Assembly (NCBI RefSeq): GCF_045601785.1
Contig: NZ_JAZSAF010000048.1
Span: 729-64,728 of the forward strand
Origin: Fibrobacter sp.
Lineage (GTDB): Bacteria > Fibrobacterota > Fibrobacteria > Fibrobacterales > Fibrobacteraceae
DNA: 64,000 nt
Reading direction: 5' to 3'
Shown here piece after piece: positions 39,201-46,315 of this stretch. Position numbers and translations under genes: made by a program. The first letter of the stretch is position 1. Each line of letters starts with the position of its first letter. Under the pieces are notes generated by a model that did no database searches, was not told where the DNA came from, and was given only the letters and a program-made list of their open reading frames with translations.

Positions 39201-40274
39201 GTCGCGCAAATCATCGGCAAGGGCAACTACGCAGGCGTAATCCAGAAACGCTTCTTCATCTGGAACAACATCCACGACTACGCCGCCGTGCAAGTGTTCC
39301 AAGATGCTGATGGAAAAACTCACGCCGAAATCGACGGAGCTTACGACGGAGCGGATGCAGTCGCAATCGACGAAGATGTTGAGGATGTCGCCGTCAGGTT
39401 CAACCGTAAGTTTACGCCCAACAGCGGCTTTTCGACTATCATGTTGCCGTTCGACATCAAAGCGGAGAATCTGACCGGCGTGAGGTCTGTCATTGAATTC
39501 GCGGGCGTTGCTGATAACGACGGCAAGAACGCTGTGGAGATGAGGTACGTCTGGTGCAACGCGGAACAGGGTGAACAAGAGATGAATAAAGGCAATGATA
39601 ATTGCAACGAGTTATCAGGCGAACTCAAGGCCTACACGCCGTACATGGTCGAGATGGAAGAGACTACATTCGGAATCAACGGCAACGTAACGCTCAAGCC
39701 GAATTTTGGTGAAAGCGTGGGTGATGCTCGCGTGGACGACTGGGTGTTCCGCGGCGCTCTTGGGAAAAAGGAATGGTCGGGCAACGAAAATATTATCAAA
39801 AATGGCAGGATTTGGGGCTTTGCAGGTGTAGCCCGCAAAGATATTACCATCGGTCAGTTCTTGCGGTTTGGCCGCAACACATCTGTGAAACCGTTCCGTG
39901 CGTACTTGGTCGATTGCACGGGAGTTCCAGATGGTTATGATTGCGAGGAATATTTCGAGAATCAGCCGGAACGCTCCTTTGCCTCCAGATATCGTTTTGC
40001 GGACGGGCTTGCTTCGTCAAATTCTGTTGAGAATAGTTTGTCTGCAAAAATGCCGGCGGTTGCCGCAAGCGAGATCGCCTCGCTCGATGGCATGGAAGTT
40101 ATCATTGTCAATGGCGACAAGGATCGCGTTGACGAACGACCGACCGTTATTGGCCGCATGAACCCCGCTACTGGAGAAATCCACATGCTGCCGCGTACCA
40201 AGCAAACTTACGACCTCAAGGGCCGCAGTGTAGGCAATGACAAAAGAGCGAAAGGCTCGTACTACAGGAAGTAG
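36279..40274 (+). CDS. Large secreted surface protein (1331 aa) with an MBG-like domain and two internal repeats
   Basis: Signal peptide; APLKVTA...YGDEP...GKYAITPSG...NYEI.FV.GTLTI (MBG-like); duplicated LGWTNSTDFI...TIVEGK.F.DE.GN.YSG module; TYDLKGR C-terminal tail. Confidence 0.7.
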   Translation: MMNNNKKTRHFAWAAMLLLVVMLTSITAWAQNTNPFVALASEPTYSTKGTSVTLRIWFWNYDGDNAHFTSQTYLTIDDTTIASVNLARMWNLFTTVDEKMFANTTNNTYANQTFGTASITNDTTDLGSATLKNLQIKQKTAPGGTNGDGANEKWSTIDLVLEFNTNFSFGSHTIGITGEWLDKTDNDNNKDVTKKPTTTLTGIYSVSVSEGFSLSPEPAKTLNNINYYANDTKITVSYNNSIPEGYAISGTVNGSSITGNTYTVNSTDGDVEIIAAIRSDGHKHSVKYVDAQGLEHTAEAIALDGTETGLTAGWYFVGRDIFYDHTLSLSDDVKLILGDGKKMNMGTADVKINGNGIGGDDDGNLSVYGQSLDEKNVGQLSIFASENGIYCIGDITINGGSVEALGDEAGIYSERGNISLGWTNSTDFIKARSIHLGIDSNSVTIVEGKAFTDEDGNVYSGTLSGDDLESIKNKTLTPVEPFPDNIVIADISGATYTGDSIRPEPVVTIGENVLELGKDYTLAYKDNLNVSDTAKVIVKGAGKYYGEVQKLFTIDKAPLKVTALNDTITYGDEPANQGVAYDGFVGNETSEVLKGELALEIGYKQYDDAGKYAITPSGLIADNYEIDFVAGTLTIEPKVIFIVWGEQTMFPYDGKAHAPNAAAEGLVNNDECNLVIDSATEVGEYTAKVTGLSNKNYKLPATGLKKEFKIVAESAVAYIDENGVEQAVMDYTVLTSSTDVGSLNGGWYVVEGEVKYTSQVNFEGNAHLILVDGATIEIETAGESEYGILASNNLTIYGQSKQSGILNVTAKGPNSQGIVSNGNITIIGGRVTVTGSSDGIYTDAGDITLGWTNSTDFITASNIYLGADSCSATIVEGKSFVDENGNEYSGKLSSNQVRAIAGKTLVPPSFEGKFLSDVNIAVVDIPVQKYADGKPVCPSVLVTDGKDTLKADTDYMVTCVNNTAVTSATLDEAAVAQIIGKGNYAGVIQKRFFIWNNIHDYAAVQVFQDADGKTHAEIDGAYDGADAVAIDEDVEDVAVRFNRKFTPNSGFSTIMLPFDIKAENLTGVRSVIEFAGVADNDGKNAVEMRYVWCNAEQGEQEMNKGNDNCNELSGELKAYTPYMVEMEETTFGINGNVTLKPNFGESVGDARVDDWVFRGALGKKEWSGNENIIKNGRIWGFAGVARKDITIGQFLRFGRNTSVKPFRAYLVDCTGVPDGYDCEEYFENQPERSFASRYRFADGLASSNSVENSLSAKMPAVAASEIASLDGMEVIIVNGDKDRVDERPTVIGRMNPATGEIHMLPRTKQTYDLKGRSVGNDKRAKGSYYRK

Positions 40275-40334
40275 GTGTTCCCCCTTGAGAACATCAAAAA
40301 CAATCTATAGAACAAAAACTATGGGTCTTTAAAA

Positions 40335-40475
40335 ATGAATAACGATTTAGAACAGAAAAAAGAGTATTCCGCCCCGAAAATGGAAATTGTTCAGCTGCGG
40401 CAAGAATCTATGCTGTTGGCAGATAGTGACGGCTGTAACAACGGAACATTGTTTTGTGATGGTGAGGCAAATTAG
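40335..40475 (+). CDS. Small ORF, 46 aa: MNNDLEQKKEYSAPKMEIVQLRQESMLLADSDGCNNGTLFCDGEAN
   Basis: Below the ORF-track cutoff and translated manually. Carries the KKxYxxPxMxxVxL...LLxxS pattern, on the same strand just after the large surface-protein gene. Confidence 0.65.
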   Translation: MNNDLEQKKEYSAPKMEIVQLRQESMLLADSDGCNNGTLFCDGEAN

Positions 40476-40681
40476 TAGATGCAGCCGGCGCTGTTCTTGC
40501 GCGCGTGCATGAAGTCGATGTAGCCGAAGACGAACGCCTCGGTGATGTCGCGGCATTCCGCCGTGGGCCTGTACATCTGCAGCTTGCGCAGGTGGGAGAG
40601 GTATGTGTCGTAGGTGTATTTCGACAGCGTGCTTGCCTTGGATTCCACAATCGCACGCGTCTCGGCGTAAAAGTCGCTCAT
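40472..40681 (-). pseudogene. N-terminal (SAM-like/core-binding) fragment of a tyrosine recombinase
   Basis: TLSKYTYDTY.SHLRKL..Y.P...CRDIT..FV.GYIDFM...KNS resembles Bacteroidales integrase SAM-like domains; truncated after 69 aa. Confidence 0.6.
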
Positions 40682-40793
40682 TGGTTGCCCCTTATGGCTT
40701 ACATGCGTTCAAAAGCCATCGTTTAGATTATCTCTGTACAAATGTATACTATTTTTGTGTAGTTGTCAATAGGTTCCTTAGTTTTTGACTTTT

Positions 40794-41804
40794 TTACGTC
40801 TTGTATTCCGCGATAGACTCCATCAACTTATCGAAGTCGCTTTTGTAATTCGCGTCGCGGATTATCCTGAATTTGTCGTATTCGCCTTCCGCGAAGGCCT
40901 TGGCAATTTCGTGTGTGACTTTGCCCTTGTCCTCGAGAATGTCGCGCTCGTTGAATTGGAGAAATGCGTTTAGCTTTTCCACCCAGTCCTTCATGTACAT
41001 GACCTGGCCGCGTTTCGCCTGCAGTTCGGCGAAGTCCAGATACATGGTGACAATCCTGTTCAGGGTGTCAATTTCTTCTTGCGACAGGTAGTTCTTGGCG
41101 ATGGAAACGTCTGGCTTGCGTATGTCGCCGTTGGGGGCGTTTCTCCATGTCGTGAGCCCCATGTTCACCTTTTTGCTGTCTGCACGTGAGTATATGATTT
41201 CTGCTGCGGTCTGGTGCGTTACAGCATAATGCATCTTGTTCTGCACTGTTGCGAAGAAATCCTGCGTAATTTGGCTGTCAGGGCTGTAGTCTGCGCTGCA
41301 TCGGGCGTAGATGTCCGTGATTTTTTGGTAAAAACGGCGCTCGCTAGCCCGGATTTCGCGGATGCGTTCTAGCTGCTCCTCGAAGTAGTCCTTGCCAAAG
41401 AAGTTCTGCGGATCCTTCAGGCGCTCGTCGTTCATGGCGAAGCCCTTGATTATGTATTCCTTCAGGACTTGCGTCGCCCAGATGCGGAACATGGTCGCCT
41501 TTTTGGAGTTGATGCGGTAGCCTACTGCGATGATAGCATCGAGATTGTAGATGTTGACGAACTTTGTTTGTTCCTTGCCAACCATCGCTCCATGGGGAGT
41601 GGTTGTTTCCATTTTGGAAACTACCACTTTTTCGTTCAATTCGCCATCGGCAAAGATATTCTTCAGGTGCTTTGAAATGGCCGCCTTCTGCACGTCGAAC
41701 AGTTCGGCCATCTTGGCCTGGGTGAGCCAAAGGTTCTCGTTTTGTAACAGGATTTCGACCTTGACTTCTGCATTATCGGTTTTGTATAGTAAAATCTCTT
41801 TCAT
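40794..41804 (-). CDS. RhuM-family (virulence RhuM) protein, full length
   Basis: LWLTQAKMAELF, YNLDAIIAVGYRINS..AT.FRIWAT, KDYFEEQLERIREIRASERRFYQKITDIY. Confidence 0.88.
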   Translation of the reverse strand: MKEILLYKTDNAEVKVEILLQNENLWLTQAKMAELFDVQKAAISKHLKNIFADGELNEKVVVSKMETTTPHGAMVGKEQTKFVNIYNLDAIIAVGYRINSKKATMFRIWATQVLKEYIIKGFAMNDERLKDPQNFFGKDYFEEQLERIREIRASERRFYQKITDIYARCSADYSPDSQITQDFFATVQNKMHYAVTHQTAAEIIYSRADSKKVNMGLTTWRNAPNGDIRKPDVSIAKNYLSQEEIDTLNRIVTMYLDFAELQAKRGQVMYMKDWVEKLNAFLQFNERDILEDKGKVTHEIAKAFAEGEYDKFRIIRDANYKSDFDKLMESIAEYKT

Positions 41805-41882
41805 ACTACACAAATGTATACTATTTTCACTTTTTTGTCAATAGGTTCCATAGTTTTTCCCCATAATTTGGGTGGTCGAGCG

Positions 41883-41983
41883 GTAGATGCAGCCGGCGCT
41901 GTTCTTGCGCGCGTGCATGAAGTCGATGTAGCCGAAGACGAACGCCTCGGTGATGTCGCGGCATTCCGCCGTGGGCCTGTACA
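41883..41983 (-). repeat. 101-bp exact direct repeat of 40475-40575 (internal integrase fragment)
   Basis: Identical GTAGATGCAGCCGGCG...GTGGGCCTGTACA at both positions. Confidence 0.92.
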
Positions 41984-42028
41984 AATGTCATCTAGAATCT
42001 CAGATTTGAATTGAACAATCCCAAAGTC

Positions 42029-42342
42029 CTAAATCGTTTTCAGTAACTGCAATAGGTTCTTGTCTGAGGATTTGGTTCTCCTCGTCCCGAACTCGACAAA
42101 GTGGTTTTGCACGCAGTAGAAATCCAGGAGTTTTTTCTTGTTTTCGCATTCCAAGACGCAAAGAACTCCACCGACCCCGTGCTGCATAAGCAGAATTTGG
42201 TCCATTGCGAGAGACAAAAGTTCGTTCCCGGTAATTGAGTCGTTCAGCCCAGCCTGGAAATGAGACCGGACAGGTCTTCTTCCAAGGGTGCGTTACCCAG
42301 ATATTCTCTGATGTTTAAGACGAAGTAAGTTCTAGAATCCAT
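42029..42342 (-). pseudogene. GNAT-type acetyltransferase (putative toxin) remnant with a large internal deletion and frameshift
   Basis: N-terminal part MDSRTYFVLNIREYLG... stops at 42244. The C-terminal part is in another frame: ITGNELLSLAMDQI...GG..CVLECENKKKLLDFY..NHF.EFG. Confidence 0.55.
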
Positions 42343-42517
42343 TTTTTTTTCGGAGCAGTGAAAGCTTTCTTAAACCGGATATACCGCTAAGAACTTCTGC
42401 CTTGACACGACTCCTGGAAGCAGGATTCTTTAACGAGCGCTCAACAGCGTTAACGAAGGACTTGACTTGCTTGGTCCCTGCCACTGTGAAACTGTTTTTT
42501 ATGCTCGATGTAGCCAT
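42332..42517 (-). CDS. Small putative antitoxin-like protein (61 aa)
   Basis: MATSSIKNSFTV...KSFVNAVERS; has its own TTGATT-N17-TATATT promoter and overlaps the start of the GNAT remnant. Confidence 0.55.
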   Translation of the reverse strand: MATSSIKNSFTVAGTKQVKSFVNAVERSLKNPASRSRVKAEVLSGISGLRKLSLLRKKNGF

Positions 42518-42645
42518 TGATGTTGTCCTCTAGCGAAATATACATTTATCAAATTCAAAAATCAAGTCTGCGCGTATCTTCATGTGTCGTTGTGAAATAA
42601 TGCTCACTTGTGCACTAAAATAGATTTTCGAGTACGATTTGTCTT

Positions 42646-43116
42646 TCATTCGTTAGTTTTTCTCTACCTTTTTCTCGATGCTTTTAATCGAGTCAAGGAA
42701 AGCTTTTTCTACCGAGGAAAGGGTCTTCTGTTGATACTTGCGATATTCGCCTGTAGCCTTGTCGACTGCTTGCTCGTGGGAAATGGAGCCGTTGCCTTGT
42801 AGAAGTTTTCGCGGTAACCGACAGAAATAATGACGTCAAGGTTGTAGAAATTCACCTCGTGAGACTGCGTTTTGCCCTCAATCGCCCCATGCGGAGTGGT
42901 TATTCGGAATTTCCGAACAACCTCTTTTTCGTCTAGTTCTCCCTCTTTGAATACATTCTTTATATGCTCGTTTATGGTCGATTTAGACTTGCTAAACAGC
43001 ACGGACATCTGGTCCTGCGTGAGCCAGGCGGTCTCGTCCTCAAAACGGACCTCAACGTTGATTATTTCGTCGTCTGTCCTGAATATGACAATTTCGTTTT
43101 CCATTTCGTTTTTCAT
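42646..43116 (-). pseudogene. RhuM-family remnant with internal deletion and frameshift
   Basis: N-terminus to YNLDVIISVGYR is joined directly to a frameshifted RhuM C-terminus, KLLQGNGSISHEQAVDKATGEYRKYQ. Confidence 0.75.
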
Positions 43117-43311
43117 GGCGATGTAGAACTTTGGTGTTGAAGCCCCCAGTAATGTTTAAGATTTTAAACACAAGCCCTTTATGATGGTCAAAATCGCCAT
43201 TCTAAGCCACGGACTTATCCACAACACGAAAGTCATACTTTCCCAATTTCCAATAAAGAAGCCCTGGAACGGTTGTTTCAGGGCGATGAGGAAAGCTGCC
43301 TTAGGCGATCT

Positions 43312-43854
43312 CTATGTCAAGTTTTCCTTCCGTGTATCGCTTGACAACGGAATTGTTTCCGGATGCCTTAATTCGTGGATTAGCAAATCCATTTGAGTGC
43401 AGGGGTTTTGCTCGCTCGGTTTGGCGGTGCCCTTGAACATTGCTTTCAAGGCGGATGCTCTCCTGATGGCTTCTGCCTCACTGCCCAAACTTGTGACCAG
43501 TTCGTAGATTTTGTCGTTACCCTTGGAAAGGTCGAAAAGGGCTTCTGGGGCATTCTTGTGCAGTGCGTTCCGGATGGCCTGTTCCAATTCCTCGAACAGT
43601 ACCTTGCGCCCGGTGGGTACGGAGACATCCTTGAAATGCAATAATAGCCAGAGTTCAAAACATTTATTGGACCATGCACAATTGATGTTCTTGCTTTCGG
43701 CAAGTTTGATTGCGTCGTCAAAATCGTCGAATTCGTCCTTGTCGAAAACAGCCCAGACTCGGTCGTATTCCTGGTTGCAGTTGTCTATTTGGCGAATGAC
43801 TTTGTTGACAAGTGCCTTCGTGGCCTTGCCTTTGCCTTCGATGGAAATTTCACG
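43312..43854 (-). pseudogene. RloB-like (TOPRIM) protein lacking its N-terminus and start codon
   Basis: VWAVFDKD and AWSNKCFELWLLLHF motifs; the frame begins directly after the ATPase stop, without the N-terminal CEGxxTExxYF motif. Confidence 0.7.
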
Positions 43855-45066
43855 TTAACCCCTCAAGTACGGAATTGCGCCGTATTTCCCGTTGATGTAG
43901 TCCTTTTCGTATACCCTGTCGTTTCGGATTTTGTCTCCGTTCTGTTCCTTGATTTCGCTTAGCGGATAGATGTCGGTGGATTCGTCTTCGCGGTTCTTTT
44001 CGGCAAACCAGATCTGGTCCCTGCGGAATATCTTGTTGCTGAGCAGGTTCGTGTCGTGCGTGGCGAATATCAACTGTGCGTTGTACGGGTTTGTTTCAGG
44101 GGAGTTGAATGTGTCGATGATTTTCTTGGTAAGCAGGGGGTGCAACTTGGCATCGAGTTCATCGATGACTATGATTCCGCCGTTTAAGAGGGTGTCCGCA
44201 ATCGGACCGGACATATTGATGATTTTCTTTGTTCCCTCGGATTCCATTTCGTCGTTGGAGAAGAATGCTTCGGTAAATGAGCCGTCTTTGCGGAGTACTT
44301 TGTGTCCAGTTTTAGGCTTGCTTTCGGAGCCCAAGGGACCTTTTTTGTCGTCCTCCGTATTGGCTTTCCTGATACTCGTAAACCCCAAATCCATTTTATT
44401 GATAAAGGTTTGGGCCAATTGGGATTTCGGGTCATCGGCGAACAGGTAATCGTAGGAATATTTTTGAAAATCAGAGTCGTATGCGCCAGACATTACTCGT
44501 AAATCTTCGAACCATTTCATGACGGCTAAGGACGTTTTCCCGTTGAGTTGTGCCACCAGGGACAGGAAGAGGCGGTTTTCTGCAGTGGCCTCTTCCTTGT
44601 CTTTCCCTTCGGGAAAATCCTTGGAAACGCCGATACCTTCGCTGTTCCTGATGAAAAGGTTTTTCTCTCGGTCGTTGTTTACCGTATACAGCCATTCGCC
44701 GGTTATGGATGTTTCCGTGTATTCGAATCCGTATCTGTAGGTGGTCCCGTTTGTTGAGAAAACGATATCGAATAGGGTGGGCTTTTGGGGATGCTCTTCG
44801 TCAAGTTTGAACGTATCCGTTTTCAGTTTTTCAGTAGGGTTGGTTTTTACGGACGAAAGCAAGACATCTTTCATCATTCGCAAAGCCGAAAGCAGGTTGC
44901 TTTTGCCGCTGGAGTTTGCACCGTAAACGGCCGCGACCGGCAGCAATTTGGAACCTTCGCTCTCGCGAACGAAATCCTTGTGCTCCTGGATGGATGCGGC
45001 CTTCATGGAGAAGGTCTTGTTTTCCTTGAATGAACGGAAATTCCCGACGGTGAACGATAAAAGCAT
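43855..45066 (-). CDS. AAA_21/AbiEii-RloA-type ATPase
   Basis: SFTVGNFRSF, Walker A YGANSSGKSN, ESEGTKK, Walker B IDELDAKLHP, QLIFATHD, FRRDQIWF and Y..GKYGAIP. Confidence 0.88.
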   Translation of the reverse strand: MLLSFTVGNFRSFKENKTFSMKAASIQEHKDFVRESEGSKLLPVAAVYGANSSGKSNLLSALRMMKDVLLSSVKTNPTEKLKTDTFKLDEEHPQKPTLFDIVFSTNGTTYRYGFEYTETSITGEWLYTVNNDREKNLFIRNSEGIGVSKDFPEGKDKEEATAENRLFLSLVAQLNGKTSLAVMKWFEDLRVMSGAYDSDFQKYSYDYLFADDPKSQLAQTFINKMDLGFTSIRKANTEDDKKGPLGSESKPKTGHKVLRKDGSFTEAFFSNDEMESEGTKKIINMSGPIADTLLNGGIIVIDELDAKLHPLLTKKIIDTFNSPETNPYNAQLIFATHDTNLLSNKIFRRDQIWFAEKNREDESTDIYPLSEIKEQNGDKIRNDRVYEKDYINGKYGAIPYLRG

Positions 45067-45274
45067 GGTCTTTGCCTGTTGTAATGTTGCTTTTGAGAGA
45101 TTTTCTCAAAAATTATATAATTTATGATAAAATTGCAATACGTTTTGTTGAAAAATGAGAAAAAATAGAGAAAATTTCGCACGCTGCTGGCTGTTCAACG
45201 TTTTTGCCCCACCCTGCCGGATGTCTAGAATTCTGCTGCTTTGCGTTTTTTAGGCTTCCATGCCCGAAGCCGCG

Positions 45275-45370
45275 TCACCCCGCCGGGACGTTTATCTTGA
45301 ACTTCTCCATCTCGCGGTCGATGACCTTGTTGGAGTAGTTCGCGTAAATGAGTGTCGTCTGTATGTTGGC
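45275..45370 (-). pseudogene. C-terminal fragment of a tyrosine recombinase (catalytic Tyr region)
   Basis: Manual translation ANIQTTLIYANYSNKVIDREMEKF...stop matches the (GH)xxIxTTxIYA motif. Confidence 0.6.
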
Positions 45371-45389
45371 CTGCACCAAGCCCGGGTTT

Positions 45390-45797
45390 CTATTTCCCGT
45401 GGTTGTAGACGTCACCGAATTCATGTTCAATGAATATCACGTTGAATACATTTCCGATTCTGTGTCCTAAAAATGCGTGGTTGTCGCCGGTGGCGCGCAT
45501 AACAATTAGGCTTTCTATTCCGGAAGGAACTAGATTTTGGGCGGCTTTTGTTAAGGAATCCACCTTCATGGGCTCTATTCCGGCAATGCCGTGTTTGCCG
45601 GTGGAATAGGCTGCAGCCCATGTTTGGGTCGAAATCTTGGATAATCGTTCAAGGTAGCGAATGAAAAAAACGCCGTCATTCGATGCCGTGTCGTAACTAT
45701 ACCTTTTCAGCCCCTTGAACGAGAAGACTATTTCGTCGTTTTGGGTGTTGCTGATGGCGCTAGGTGTAGGGGTTAATTTCTTTAATTTAGCCATCAA
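45390..45797 (-). CDS. Putative toxin partner of the Panacea antitoxin (possibly RelE-like fold)
   Basis: 135 aa; overlaps the Panacea gene by 11 nt; ends G.RIGNVF.VIFIE..FGDVY.H. Confidence 0.5.
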   Translation of the reverse strand: MMAKLKKLTPTPSAISNTQNDEIVFSFKGLKRYSYDTASNDGVFFIRYLERLSKISTQTWAAAYSTGKHGIAGIEPMKVDSLTKAAQNLVPSGIESLIVMRATGDNHAFLGHRIGNVFNVIFIEHEFGDVYNHGK

Positions 45798-46257
45798 GTT
45801 GACGCAGGAAGAAGGTTCTCATTGATTCGTTCGAGATGACGGTGCCTCTGTCGTGAGGAACTGCGTTTATCCATGGAGACTCGCCGTGGGTCAGGTCCAT
45901 TAACCCTATGGCAGAGTAGGATTTGTAACGCTCGTAAACCTGGAACAGCAGGTCTTCTTCCTGTGGGGTTAGCTGAATAAGTTGCGGATCGTCTTCTAGA
46001 ACGATTCCGTTGCTTCCGAATTTCTTGTAGTAGTCATAAACGGACGGGACTACGGGCCCGTACATCCAAGCCTCGATGTCGTCCGAGAATAATGGGCTGT
46101 TGAACAAGGCCAAGTGAAAGCCCTGTTCGTAGTATAGCAACTTTTGGAGCTTCAGGTTAGAAAGAAACTCGCCGCCGTTCGCGGTGTCAAGTTCGGCGAA
46201 CTTGATTAGCCTGTTTGCTATTTGCAGTGCTCTGGGCATATCGTAAACCTTTACCAT
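45787..46257 (-). CDS. Panacea/SocA (DUF4065) antitoxin
   Basis: NLKLQKLLYY.QG, LF.DDIEAW.YGPVV..VY and L...THGE.PW motifs. Start placed at ATG 46257. Confidence 0.88.
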   Translation of the reverse strand: MVKVYDMPRALQIANRLIKFAELDTANGGEFLSNLKLQKLLYYEQGFHLALFNSPLFSDDIEAWMYGPVVPSVYDYYKKFGSNGIVLEDDPQLIQLTPQEEDLLFQVYERYKSYSAIGLMDLTHGESPWINAVPHDRGTVISNESMRTFFLRQLDG

Positions 46258-46315
46258 AAATATAACTAATTGCCGCCTATGGGGCAATATTAAACGATTA
46301 CTACACAAATGTACA

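Noticed and set aside
40335-40475. Lasso peptide/RiPP gene cluster
   Set aside because: No peptidase, cyclase, RRE or radical SAM genes are nearby; kept only as an unexplained small ORF.
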